In this document: piece by piece, positions 40,286-52,309 of the stretch | Position numbering within the stretch: position 1 is the stretch's first letter | How the letters are laid out: each line of letters opens with the position of its first letter | NCBI RefSeq assembly: GCF_006345805.1 | Contig: NC_043002.1 | Span: 31,000,001-31,064,000, forward strand | Direction of reading: 5' to 3' | DNA from: Octopus sinensis | Lineage: Eukaryota | DNA length: 64,000 nucleotides | Notes under the pieces: model-generated | The model's database searches: none | What the model was told of the DNA's origin: nothing | The model's input: the letters and a program-made list of their open reading frames with translations, nothing else | Translations under genes and position numbers: made by a program

Positions 40286-40489
40286 GCACACGCACACACA
40301 CACACACATGCGCGCGCAAACATACACAGTCATATTTACACTCAAATATGTATATAAATTCATAGTATATACCAGATTGAATTAAAAGTTGTTTTCTTTT
40401 TTTCGTTTTTCTTGTTTTAATTAATAATCCAGTCAAATTACATATGTAAAGCGTTTGTTTATTAATCAAAATATTTCAGTATATTCTGT

Positions 40490-41110
40490 TGTCTCTTGCT
40501 ATCGCTATGCCAGGAACTCTATTTCATACTTATACCACTTGGCTAGTAAGAAGGCAAAAGATCTCCCTGCGCCCACTTTCTACCTCATCCAGATTGTTGA
40601 AACATCCGTCACTGCAGGAAATAAGCCATGCCTCAGAAAACGTAGTAATTTGATGGTGTGATGTCTAGAAAGTTGACAGGGTGAAGCAGCACTTCCTGCC
40701 CCTGAAGTTACTCAAGCCTGTACTTGATCACATTTGCAATATGCGTTTGACCATCGTCATGCTGTTGGAGCGCGCGTCTTCAAGTGACCGATGCCAGGTA
40801 GTGGGCTTGCAAAGCATTGTGAACTCGCTCCAGTCGTTGAGCGAAAATTGCGGCAGCTCATCGAAATTGTAACAAACAATATGATCTGTTAAAATTGCCC
40901 TTCTGTGACAATAGGTTTGAAGACAGGCTGGAACGAAACTACTGATTTGTCTTCTTAGGATTACTAAAATAGATACATTTTCATTCGCAGTGACATTTCG
41001 ACGCCCAAAACGGGAAACTCGTTGCCAGCAGTTGTTTCACTTTGCTCACATGTCGTTGCACCTGATTATTGTGGGCTCATGAGGAGTTTCCCGAAAGGGT
41101 CTCTTTACAA
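40490..41110 (-). mobile_element. Mariner transposase C-terminal fragment (decayed)
   Basis: QRLERVHNAL...LQQHDDG..HIA..(L)EVLLHP....DITPSNYYVF...FNNLDEVE: decayed QHDNA, HPPYSPDLAPSDY motifs. Confidence 0.7.
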
Positions 41111-41957
41111 TGGTGAGCATAAGATGACTCTAATAGCAACTTTTACACCACTCATTATCAAAGCTGTATAAATAAAGAATAAATAATTAATGCTTGTATT
41201 TTATATGAGAAAATAAAGAATAAAAAGTTCAGAATAAACAATTCAGTAAAGATTAAACAAATTGTGCCAAATTACCGATTTAATATGGAGAAACAAACAG
41301 TCAAATGTCATCAGTGGAAATCCCAAAATGTAATCTTTTGACTTAACCTTGTATATGTGTACGCTGTGTATGTGTGTATGTGTGTATACTTTTATGTATG
41401 CAAGTAGGTATGTATGTATACGCATGTGCATGCGTATGAATGTGAGTGACTGCGAATGTGTATGTCTGTATATGTATATATCCATGTGGGCTAAATTAGT
41501 TTATAAAGGTACAGAAACTGCTGTACTTTAGAAGTTCACATCACAACAGTATGGTTTCGGGTTCATTGTAGCTTTGCCACAATTTAGTTAAATGTATTTT
41601 CCTATAATTCCACACTATATGTAAATAATTACCTATTGAATAAAAAGCAGCTCTGTTAATATAAGCACTATCGAATTTCATAATATATATAAATATATAT
41701 ATGATCAGGCAGAGCGATATATAGTTTGTAGCTCCAACGATAACCAGTATGAAGCTGCACCTGTATCTTGGATACTGGACATGCAAACTGCTCATTAACT
41801 TTTCAATCAGCTACGAGAAACACTGTGTTAAAATTTGTGAAATTTTCAGTTTCAATAAAACATTATATATTTACTCTGCCTTATGTATTCGAATGCAATT
41901 TTCTCCAACTTGATTTTACTCACATATGGTGTCGTGCGTGCTCATATATATATATGA

Positions 41958-42343
41958 GTGGAGGCGCAATGGCCCAGTGGTTAGGGCAGCGGACTCGCGG
42001 TCATAGGATCGCGGTTTCGATTCCCAGACCGGGCGTTGTGAGTGTTTATTGAGCGAAAACACCTAAAAGCTCCACGAGGCTCGGGCAGGGGATGGTGGTG
42101 ATCCCTGCTGTACTCTTTCGCCACAACTTTCTCTCACTCTTACTTCCTGTTTCTGTTGTACCTGTATTTCAAGGGGCCGGCCTTGTCACTCTCTGTGTCA
42201 CGCTGAATATCCCCGAGAACTACGTTAAGGGTGCACGTGTCTGTGGAGTGCTCAGCCACTTATACGTTAATTTCACGAGCAGGCTGTTCCGTTGATTCGG
42301 ATCAACCGGAACCCTCATCGTCGTAACCGACGGAGTGTTTCCA
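41958..42343 (+). mobile_element. Full-length tRNA(Arg-like)-head SINE, body B1, tail T1, with 15-bp TSD
   Basis: A box TGGCCCAGTGG, B box GGTTTCGATTCCC. TSD CATATATATATATGA at 41943-41957 and 42344-42358. Confidence 0.95.
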
Positions 42344-42569
42344 CATATATATATATGATAACAAATGAAAACGATGGTTATGTTGTGAATTTCATTAGTT
42401 TACAACAATTTCTACCATAATATACAGTGGACTCATATTTGCGTGCCTGAATAACATCACATACCTTTGAATATGCACTTTTTTATATACACCACTAATG
42501 ACTTTCTAACTGGGAATACTTTCCCTACACATTGTACAAATGTGATGCTTTTTTCCCCTTCATATTCGA

Positions 42570-42650
42570 GGCTCTGATGAAGCTATACGATGTTATCGAG
42601 GCACTCAACTATGAGACCACTGCATCTTATAGCAATGACAGCTGTAAGCT
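42570..42650 (+). ncRNA. Decayed hammerhead motif with an extended stem II (PLE relic)
   Basis: gct-CTGATGA-a-GCTATA-c-GATG...CATC-t-TATAGC-aatg-ACAGCTGTA-agc; the GAAA box is mutated to aatga. Confidence 0.5.
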
Positions 42651-43337
42651 AATGAAGTTCACTTATCCATCGTCTTCCTTAGTCATTTATTGCTCTAATA
42701 TATACACACGTATACATACATACATTCATAAATACATACATACATTCATTTATAAATACATACATACATACATACATACATACATACATACATACATACA
42801 TACATACATACATACATACATACATTAAACGTCATTATACTTGACCAAGCTTCAAAACCGCAATATCTTTACATCAATGTATTGCACAGACCAGAGACAG
42901 ACTCTCTGCCTTGTTACACGTTCTAATAGCAGCATCAGCATTGATTTTTGCCATATCAAGACCTAACTGTCTTGAATAAATAAGTACATTAAATATTCAT
43001 AGTTCTGTGCATCACAAAACAGAAGAAAAGGCCACAACTGGAATAACTTTTGATCATAGAAATGCTTGGTCAAGGTTAAGTTTAGGCTAAAAACTACCAC
43101 TACATTATTACTACTACATCTACGAATACCATCATCACCACCACCACCATCGCTGACAAAAACAAAAACAACAACACCGACAACTGCAATAAGGTAATAG
43201 TAAACTGCACTGTATTTCATTGCATTACACCCAAAAACCTTATAATACTTCCTAGCTGTCCCGCCTCCAATCCATAAAACATTTTACTACTGTAGCGACA
43301 ACATTAACAGCAGTTTTAACAACCACACACACACTCA

Positions 43338-43385
<48 letters not shown>

Positions 43386-44174
43386 TACACGCATACACAC
43401 ACAAAGAGACGAGAGTTACTTCTGTCGAAAACTATTATTGTCATGCTTATTTCCCCCTTATCTCTGGAAAGATAAATATGCCGGTCAACTATATTCCACC
43501 ACTTTTCATTAAAACTGGAATTGGGCGAAGCAACTGTACGGGAGGGAAATTTAAGGTCACAGGAAAAGAATTGGCATGACCGCGAAGATGTAATGAGAGA
43601 TGAACAAGAACATGTCTGGTTTGCCATTTTTCGAAATACTGGTTTTGAACGAAATTTCCCAGTTTTCTTTATTTCTTTCTTAGAATATGTTTACGGCTCT
43701 GCTATCGGGCACTTAGATCGATCCAACTTCCATATACTTCGATTGCTAGCTTAGATTTTATTTTAATCGTTCATAAACTCACCAACCTACTACGGTTTCG
43801 GAATATAGCAAGAAAGATTTCTTGGTATAACTTACTAACAATTTTGAACAACAAATTAAATCTAATATCACTTGACATTCCTTTTAACACATGCTGTTGA
43901 AATAAAGTAAACACCAATAATAAATTGATGGAGTGATTATATACATTATTATACATCCCCGGTTAGATTATTGATTTAGTTTGGTAGAAAATGCTTCCAT
44001 TTAAAATAGTTTTTCTAGAGATGCTTAGTATGTTTTTGTGTACCATTTAAGTCGAACGAATTCCGAGTTGTGATTAAAGGAGAACTTTTCATGCAATCAA
44101 GTAAATTTCATAGACTAACACCTTTTGACTGAATACTTAGCACACGCTCGCACACATGTGGATACAATGATTTA

Positions 44175-44249
<75 letters not shown>

Positions 44250-44266
44250 GTATCTATCTATCTATC

Positions 44267-44345
<79 letters not shown>

Positions 44346-44361
44346 CAAAAAAAAAAGATAG

Positions 44362-44820
44362 ATGGCATGACAGGCCTCGACTATTGGGGTCGACTAGAAA
44401 AGCTAAAACTTTATTCTCTCCAACGTCGCCGTGAGCGCTACATCATCTGCATGATGTGGAAAATATTCCATAAGCATTGCCCAAATGATGAAGGCGTCAC
44501 CTTCAAGGTACATGCACTCTCATCTCATAACAACAATACGGCACAATTATTTCACCTCAATTGGCCCCGCTCTCTTTAACATTACACCAAAACAAATTAA
44601 AATAGAAACATACCCTATAGGGTTCAAGAAGTCTTTGGACAGATTCCTTCAAGATATTCTGGATAAACCCCCTACACCCGGATATGTCTCTGTAAACAAT
44701 AAATCTCTACTTGAGTGGGCCATAGTGCCCAAATACTGACTTGAAAGACTTCACCAGGTGGTGCTATTAAGTTAGACATGGCCTGGGCCTAAACCTATCA
44801 AAGTACCAAAGTATCAAAGT
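44362..44820 (+). mobile_element. CR1-type LINE 3' end
   Basis: [31 protein letters not shown]...GPALFN...FKKSLDRFLQ.I.D.P..PGY; tandem tail atcaaagtaccaaagtatcaaagt. Confidence 0.85.
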
Positions 44821-44837
44821 ATATATATATATGTATG

Positions 44838-44945
<108 letters not shown>

Positions 44946-45010
44946 GTATGTATTTATGCATGTATGTATGTATGTATGTATGGATGGATGTATGTATGTA
45001 TGTATGTTTG

Positions 45011-45051
<41 letters not shown>

Positions 45052-45074
45052 TGTACATTTTCAAAATGTAACTA

Positions 45075-45285
45075 CATGTGGATCGTTGGTGATTCTTTTC
45101 CTCCGTCTTCCTTTTCTTTTGGACTTTCCCCTGCCTCCTGTTTCTGGAAAAGATATTTGCTCGAAACGTAAAACTACCTTTCTTTCCTTCCCTGAGCGTC
45201 TGCTAATACTTTGCATGCACCGTGTCCACGCATTTTTTTAGTTGTGCTTTTTCTTCGATTTGTTTTTAGGAGATTAATCATATAC
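45075..45285 (+). mobile_element. Penelope-like pLTR relic (hammerhead decayed, 45140-45174)
   Basis: Homologous to 34925-35125: gtttctggaaaag...ctcGAAACGTAaaac. Confidence 0.6.
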
Positions 45286-45429
45286 ATATATGCATACATA
45301 CATAAATTTGCTTGTTCCAGTAATTAGAAGGCAACGAAGCTGGGTGAACGCCTTGTAAGAATTAATTGAACAAATTGAACGCAATACATATTTCTTTTGC
45401 ACCAGTCTAGAAATTTTTTTCACTCATTT

Positions 45430-45690
45430 GTTGAGCCGTTAAATTACAGAGAAGCAAACAAACCATCACTGATTGCCAATGCTGGTGGAGGACAAAAACA
45501 ACACAAGCGCATAAACATACACATATTTACACATAAACACGCACAAACGCATATGGATGTACACCACGGGCTACTCTACATTTACTCAGTGGGATTTGGT
45601 CGTTTCGGGGCTAAAGTAGAAGAAACTTGCCCATTGTGTGGCGCAGTGAGAATGAACACATGACCACATGATTTGAAAGTAATCCCCATG
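45430..45690 (-). mobile_element. SINE family A (decayed)
   Basis: aaacaaaccatcactgattg...agtagaagaaacttgccca...gaccacatg. Confidence 0.55.
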
Positions 45691-46140
45691 CCTCTGCTTA
45701 AATGTCTGCATGTGATTATAATTGAGGTATGCATTACAATGACCGGCGCAGAAACTCTATCAACCAGTTACTATCATCAGAACACCCAGTTCTCCCTCAA
45801 TACTGATCTACCGACAGCGTGGGAGATTTCACACTAAATCGTCCACTCTAAACCTTATCCATTCCGGGTTATCAACAATATCTTAGAAACTTACATTGTT
45901 CAAAAATAATTAGGATCCTTTATATCTTTTATCTAATATTATATCCCGCCTGACCCCTTTCATTCTTTCTATGACACATTAAAACGTGGGCTCTCTGTTA
46001 CATACCTTGTGCAATCTTTCCACCGTGATACTATCCGAGTTTTATCAAATTATTCAACTAAAATGGTTTCTGGTTTTGTCAACATTTATCCCAAATCGGT
46101 CTTTTCTACAAGATGGCCAACACCATGCCTCATTGCAATG

Positions 46141-46141
<1 letters not shown>

Positions 46142-46229
<88 letters not shown>

Positions 46230-46245
46230 AGACAGACAGACAGAC

Positions 46246-46285
<40 letters not shown>
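46142..46285. repeat. Compound microsatellite (AGAT)11(TGAT)11(AGAC)4(AGAT)10 at the 3' end of the Tx1 element
   Basis: Manual count. Confidence 0.95.
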
Positions 46286-46286
<1 letters not shown>

Positions 46287-46937
46287 TGTTTCTTTATTAG
46301 CCACACAGGGCTGCACACAGATAGAACAAATTACAAAGTAGAGCTTTTCTTTTGAAGGTTTAAAAAAAAAAAAGGAAGGGGGAGTTTCGATCAAAAGGGA
46401 TCGTAAAAGGAGAGAAAGAGGACAAAAAAAGGGGGGTTAAAAAAAAGGGGGAGAGGAAAAAAAAAAAAAATTGATCAATAGGGATCGTTATCACAGAAAT
46501 GTCAATATGAAGTGTAAAGGGGAGGACAGGTGAGGTTTACCCTTGGAAAGAAAAGCCTACGGAAAAGACCACGGTAACCTCGGTCAATGGAGTCACATGT
46601 TATATTTCTTTTTTTTTTTTTTTGCAAATAAGCAACTCTCTGTTTTCAATTTCTGGGTTCATAGGATCATGCTCAAGGTGGCTTCGTCATTCATACGTGC
46701 CATTCTTGCTACATTCACCCATCTTTTTTTAAAACATTCGCTAGACAAAACTTGCCTCTCTACTCTCACTTTCTTTTCAAGTGGTACTTGAAGAAGTTGA
46801 TGAGAGATTGACCAGAGAGGAAAGTGTTTGTCTCCAATCCTTTCAGACGCGTCCACCAGATACATTCTTTCGCCATAGCCACAAGGATGATGAAAATAGC
46901 TCTTCCTTCCCGTTTGAAGGAGGGAGGCGTGACAATA

Positions 46938-49115
46938 TTACGATAGACTCAGCTGATAAACCGACTCGTCCCACACGTGACAGCAGTTGTTCGACACAAG
47001 CCCACAGGTCGGAATTGTTGGACACTGCACGAGTGCGTGCAGAACGGTTTCGTCGCTCTGACCGCATCTCGGGCAGGTCGGCCCCGTGTTTCTCGAGCCG
47101 TGTCTGTAGAGCTTATCCCGAACGGGTAGCGCTTCTCGGTAGCACTGCCAGGTCAGGGATCTCTGGAAGTTGTCCATGGGCCCTGGCCCGAAAGTCGTCC
47201 TGAACAGGCGGGTCAGGTACTCATCGTCGACGTCCAGGTTCGCCCCGAGCTCGTCGTCGTACCTCCCCTCCACTAAACCCCTATAGAATGCTTTGGTTGT
47301 GTTGAAGTCACTCAAGGTCGACCCAGGACGGCAGAGTTGCTTGAGAGCAACGCGACACTCGCGGTGCCATTCGCCCTTCTTCGGCCTCTTTTTGATCCAC
47401 GACTGCAGTTCGGTCATGGAGACGAGCTGCGGGAAAGCGTGCCTCACAAACGGCGACCACACCTGTTCACCGTCGTCTACATAGAGCCAGAGATGTCGCA
47501 GTCTCAGCGCGTGTCTGCGCATCATCAACCACGGCATGCCCAGCCCTCCTTTTAACGGGTGTTGACAGCAAATGGATCGCCTGACCATCGGGACACATCC
47601 TTTCCACAAGAAGCGAAAGAGAATGCGTTGTAGTTTGGTGATGGTAGGGTCGGGACAAGGTACGACGGTCAGGCGGTAGTAGATGACGGACGCGATGTAC
47701 GTGTTGGCCACCTCCGCCCGACCTTTTAGGGACAGTTTCCTCTCGGCCCATTGCCGGGCGAGAGTGACCACCCTACTCGTTATCTCATTCCAGTTCTTCT
47801 CCACTTGGAGGTCCGGACCAAACCAGACCCCGAGCAACTCAACCGGGCCGTCGGTCCAGCGTCCCACGACGGAGGCGCTGGTGGACGGCATGGGCTTGCT
47901 TCTCCAGGTGCCTAGTCGCAAGCCCACTGACTTTTCCCGGTTGATTTTCGCTCCTGTCACCGCTTCGTAGTTTTTCAGTGTCTCGCCGACCTGCTCGATG
48001 TGCTCGTGGCTAGACACTATGACGGTGACGTCGTCCGCGTATGCAGACACGCTCGTCCCGCATCCCAGTTCTCGCGGGATGCCTCTCAAGGTTGCCAGCT
48101 TCCGCAATAATGGCTCGAGAGTCACTACGTATAGAAGCGACGAGAGGGGGCATCCCTGACGGACCGAACGTGCGATGTCGAAGGGTCTCGATAGATGTCC
48201 ATTCACGCGAATTACCGAACGGATGCCTCTGTACAAAGCGGCTATCCAGCTGCGGAAGACGGGACCGAAGCCAGCCGCTCCGAGGACCGCCTCCAAGTAT
48301 CGATGGTCCACCCTATCGAAAGCTTTCGATTGATCCAAAGTGATCAGCGCCCCACCCATGCCAGGTTCGTTAACTACCCTGTCTATGATGTAGCGCATCA
48401 GGTGGAGGTTGTCATGGATGGTCCGGCCTGGCACGGCGCATGATTGCGCCCTGTCGACCAGTTTCTCGATGACAAGCGCCAACCTCTTGGCTAGCACCTT
48501 GGCCAAAATTTTCAAGTCTGCATTAAGCAGAGTGATGGGCCTAAAGTTATCTATTACATTTCCCTTGTTTAGATCTTTCTTCAGCAGTGTTACGGCTCCT
48601 CGGCTCACAAAACCAGGAATGCTCCCGTTTTGCTGCCAGTTGCAGTATACCGCCGCCAAGAGATCTCCAAACAAGTCTGGCATACAATTGTAAAGCTCGT
48701 AGGGTAGACCATCCAAACCCGGTGATTTGTCCCCCGAGCATTCTGCCATCGCTTCCTGCACTTCCGCCGCCGTGATGGCACCTTCGCAGCACCCTGCCTT
48801 TCTTGTCGAGAGTCGTGGTAGGCTATGTAGGTAGGCACTGAAGTCCACCCTACGTTCTTGCCCTCCACTCGTTCCGAACAGTCGGGCAAAATGCTTCTGA
48901 AAGGCCTCACACATTTTACTTGGCTCGAGCAATTCGCACCCCTGTTCATCTACCAGGGAACGAATGGTGGCTTTGTTGCCCTGTTGCGCCTCTGCCACCC
49001 GGGCCTCTCTCGCGGTTCCAACACCTTCGTTCCTTAGAGCACGCATCCTAGCTCTGACAGCACATCCTTCGTGTTTGGCGTTGAAGTGTTGGTCGAGGGC
49101 CAACCTCGCCGCCAA
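46938..49115 (-). CDS. Tx1-type ORF2 reverse transcriptase (725-aa open segment, frameshifted at both ends)
   Basis: KSPGLDGLPYELY, NFRPITLLNADLKILAKVLAKRL, GRTIHDN, LDQSKAFDRVDH, SVRQGCPLSSLLY, AYADDVTV, GAKINREKS, LLGVWF, CPRCGQSDETVLHALVQC. Confidence 0.9.
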   Translation of the reverse strand: MAARLALDQHFNAKHEGCAVRARMRALRNEGVGTAREARVAEAQQGNKATIRSLVDEQGCELLEPSKMCEAFQKHFARLFGTSGGQERRVDFSAYLHSLPRLSTRKAGCCEGAITAAEVQEAMAECSGDKSPGLDGLPYELYNCMPDLFGDLLAAVYCNWQQNGSIPGFVSRGAVTLLKKDLNKGNVIDNFRPITLLNADLKILAKVLAKRLALVIEKLVDRAQSCAVPGRTIHDNLHLMRYIIDRVVNEPGMGGALITLDQSKAFDRVDHRYLEAVLGAAGFGPVFRSWIAALYRGIRSVIRVNGHLSRPFDIARSVRQGCPLSSLLYVVTLEPLLRKLATLRGIPRELGCGTSVSAYADDVTVIVSSHEHIEQVGETLKNYEAVTGAKINREKSVGLRLGTWRSKPMPSTSASVVGRWTDGPVELLGVWFGPDLQVEKNWNEITSRVVTLARQWAERKLSLKGRAEVANTYIASVIYYRLTVVPCPDPTITKLQRILFRFLWKGCVPMVRRSICCQHPLKGGLGMPWLMMRRHALRLRHLWLYVDDGEQVWSPFVRHAFPQLVSMTELQSWIKKRPKKGEWHRECRVALKQLCRPGSTLSDFNTTKAFYRGLVEGRYDDELGANLDVDDEYLTRLFRTTFGPGPMDNFQRSLTWQCYREALPVRDKLYRHGSRNTGPTCPRCGQSDETVLHALVQCPTIPTCGLVSNNCCHVWDESVYQLSLS

Positions 49116-49336
49116 AACGTCGGATGCGATGCCGCTTCTAATTGCCTCTTCTAGCTTCTTAACTAGCTCACCCTCTACTCTATTTCTATCTATGGCTAGT
49201 GCTTTGCTGTACCTAATCGCTTCTGCTTTTACTGCTCTCTTGAGGGCAAACCACCATTTGTTGTTGATGATGGCTCCGTCAAAGCCCTCTTTACTAGTGT
49301 GCTAATCCGGTCTCTGAAAACCTGTCTCGATGGGAA

Positions 49337-49548
49337 AGACGCGTTTAGTTTCCAGTATCCGGGACCCTGCCTAAGTGTCTTACCTAAGTCTAGCGTACAT
49401 GTCACAAGTTTGTGATCCGTGTAGCTGACTATGTGGAATTGTGGACATCCACATAGTCAGCTACACGGATCACAAACTTGTGACATGTACGCTAGACTTA
49501 GGTAAGACACTTAGGCAGGGTCCCGGATACTGGAAACTAAACGCGTCT
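49337..49548. repeat. Perfect inverted repeat: 101-bp arms (49337-49437 and 49448-49548), 10-nt spacer
   Basis: The arms are exact reverse complements (checked base by base). Confidence 0.97.
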
Positions 49549-49732
<184 letters not shown>

Positions 49733-50413
49733 GCACATATATATGTGTATGTGGGTACGAATTGTTAAGCTTATATTCAGTATGTGAGAAAAGTAAAGAA
49801 TAAAACAATACCACAGACTAAATATATAGGGCATATAAAATACATTAATATTTCCACTAGATGATATGTTAAAAGCAAAAACAAGAACAAAATGTTTGAC
49901 TTTCACGCTTTTACCTTTTGATTTCCGGGATAGACTTTGCCTTCAACCCCTTGGGACTCATAAACAAAACACAATGAAAAAATATATATAGCGTACTATG
50001 GTCATTCTATTAAACAAAGCCCTCCTTCAGCAAATGAGTAGCTTTGTACTTTGTTTAGGAAACAATTTATCTGATCTGATAAGAGGATTGCAATCGCAAA
50101 GTTTATATGAATGAAAGGGTGTAAATATTTGTGGGAGGATCATAAGATTTATGGAGATATAAGAGAGAAAAAGGTATTAGGAAGGATGTATTTAGTGATG
50201 AGAGATGAAAACAAGTTGCCCTTTTCGCAGGATTAAGGTTTAAGGATAGTTCGAATAATGAAATATTAAACGACTCAGTTAAAATTTTAACCTGAGGAAT
50301 ATTTATGTTAATATAATTTCTTTCATACACACAGGAATACTTACTCGTATGCATACACACACATGTATGTGCGTGTATATATATATATATATATGTATCT
50401 CTCTTTCTCTGCC

Positions 50414-50457
<44 letters not shown>

Positions 50458-50469
50458 CCTCTCTTTCTC

Positions 50470-50520
<51 letters not shown>

Positions 50521-50554
50521 GCACGTGTTCACTTAGGTAAATATTCTACATATA

Positions 50555-50710
50555 AATATATAAATTCTCTCTCTGTTTACTTTCTCTTCTCTTTTTCTAT
50601 TGAAGAGCGTTGGCGAAAAACGTAAAAGACTTTTCCATTCATTTTCGCGAGCGTCAAACTAATACGCCTTTTTGTTGTTCATACACCTGTTTTTCTATAA
50701 ATATTAACTA
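50555..50710 (+). mobile_element. Penelope-like pLTR relic
   Basis: tgaagagcg...gaaaaacgtaaaagacttttccattc...gagcgtcaaactaatacgcc...gttgttcatacacctg, related to 34925 and 45075. Confidence 0.55.
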
Positions 50711-50711
50711 A

Positions 50712-50745
<34 letters not shown>

Positions 50746-50751
50746 TAGATG

Positions 50752-50787
<36 letters not shown>

Positions 50788-51326
50788 CATTGATAAATAG
50801 ATAGATAGGTACATGCACACATATACATACACACCAAACATGTAATTCTTTTTTCCTTCGTATCACTTTAAACTGCATCCGGTAGAGGGTCCCCCGATTT
50901 TGAAGAGTGTGGCAACCTTCTTTTAGCCATAACTGTTCCTGGTTTACTTTCACTTGGAGTAGTAGCACCTGTTAGGGTCACAGTAATGGGTTAATGAATA
51001 ACTGAAGCTTTGGGAGTAAACGACCCAAAGTTAACATTAGAACTTCCTTCTAGGAAAAGGAAACCTCACGATAAAACAATTTTTGTTTTATTTGTTCTTG
51101 GCTGTCGTGCCACTAGCGCTAGAGCTGATTGCGTCGAAAAGTGAATTCTTTGGTGTGTAAACTTTATTCACTCAGACCCAATTCCCGTTCATGAATATCT
51201 TGGACTCGCGAAATGTTTTACGAGCTCACTGAGTTTAGAAAATAGTCTTACGAAAAGTAGTCATGAGTTGTCTTGCATTACACATACACACAGACACGCT
51301 CACACGCATATATATATACACAAGGG

Positions 51327-51551
51327 TTACGGAATGGAGTAGGAAAGATCCGGGCTACATATGTTTCATAGCCACTGGAACCGCAGAAGTGGCAAAATCT
51401 AAGTGAGGTGTATACCACCGGCTACTCTAATCAAGATATCGTTGACCTAAAAGTAGTTGGCACTATATACCACACTAGGATTTTACCACTTCTGAGGTTC
51501 CGCTCGCTATGTAACATATGAATCCCCGGTCTTTCCTACTCAATTCCGTAA
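51327..51551. mobile_element. Old MITE-like fold-back element (~100-bp imperfect arms)
   Basis: ttacggaatggagtaggaaaga...gctact versus agtagt...tctttcctactcaattccgtaa; roughly 80% arm identity by eye; lies next to (TA)n. Confidence 0.65.
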
Positions 51552-51787
51552 GTGTTGTATTCTTATTCAGGTATCTGGCAACACTGACCGCCTTCCGTGA
51601 AATATAATTTGTTTTTTCTGCCTACCGTTCTTCGATATGAAAAAAATTCACGACCTTCCCTCTGAACAAACCACTATTGTACCTGAATGTTTTATGAAAC
51701 ATGTACTACGTAGTGCTTCAAGCTAACTTTCTTCCTACACCTCGATCCCTGGATCTTATATATAATATATATATATATATATATAAT

Positions 51788-51998
51788 TTTTTACTTGTTT
51801 CAGACGTTAGACTGAATTCATGCTGGGACACCGCCGACAAAGATTTTTAGTCGAATGGCTAGTCGAACCGAGTATTTATATTTTACAGCATGCTTCTTAT
51901 TCTATCGATATCTTTTGGCGAACAGCTAAGATGTTGACAAAAAAACAATAACGGTGGTGGGGTACGAAGACAAACACAAAGATAAATACAAACATATA

Positions 51999-52037
<39 letters not shown>

Positions 52038-52170
52038 TGGTCTTCTCTCAGTTTACGTCTACCAAATCTACCGACGAGAATATGGTTGGCCCAGGGTTAT
52101 AATAGAAGAAACTTGCTTAAGATGCCACGTAGTGGGACTGAACCCGGAACCGTGTGGTTTGAAGGAAACG
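51788..52170 (-). mobile_element. SINE family A, near full length (decayed)
   Basis: ttttacttgtttcag...gtctaccaaatc...atgccacgtagtgggactgaacccggaaccgtgtggtt. Confidence 0.8.
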
Positions 52171-52226
52171 TACACATATACAGTTTCTATGTATAAAAAC
52201 ACACACATATAGATATAAATAGATAA

Positions 52227-52309
<83 letters not shown>

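Larger units (their letters stand above)
46286..49548 (-). mobile_element. Tx1/L1-clade LINE, 5'-truncated within the APE domain, with a 5' fold-back
   Basis: APE tail YTDHKLV...[10 protein letters not shown], full RT, zf-RVT-type C-terminus, LVAMAKECIWWTR, ORF2 stop near 46659. The pyrimidine-rich 3' UTR ends AATAAAGAAACAT followed by (ATCT)n. Confidence 0.95.

Noticed and set aside
41958-42035. tRNA-Arg-like sequence as a genuine tRNA gene (also 32290-32368 and 34745-34820)
   Set aside because: It continues into a SINE body and tail with a TSD, and the acceptor stem does not pair.
41541-43956. Hydrophobic minus-strand ORFs (41541-41795, 43771-43956) as receptor remnants
   Set aside because: AT-rich DNA yields I/F/Y/L-rich peptides by chance; no family motifs.
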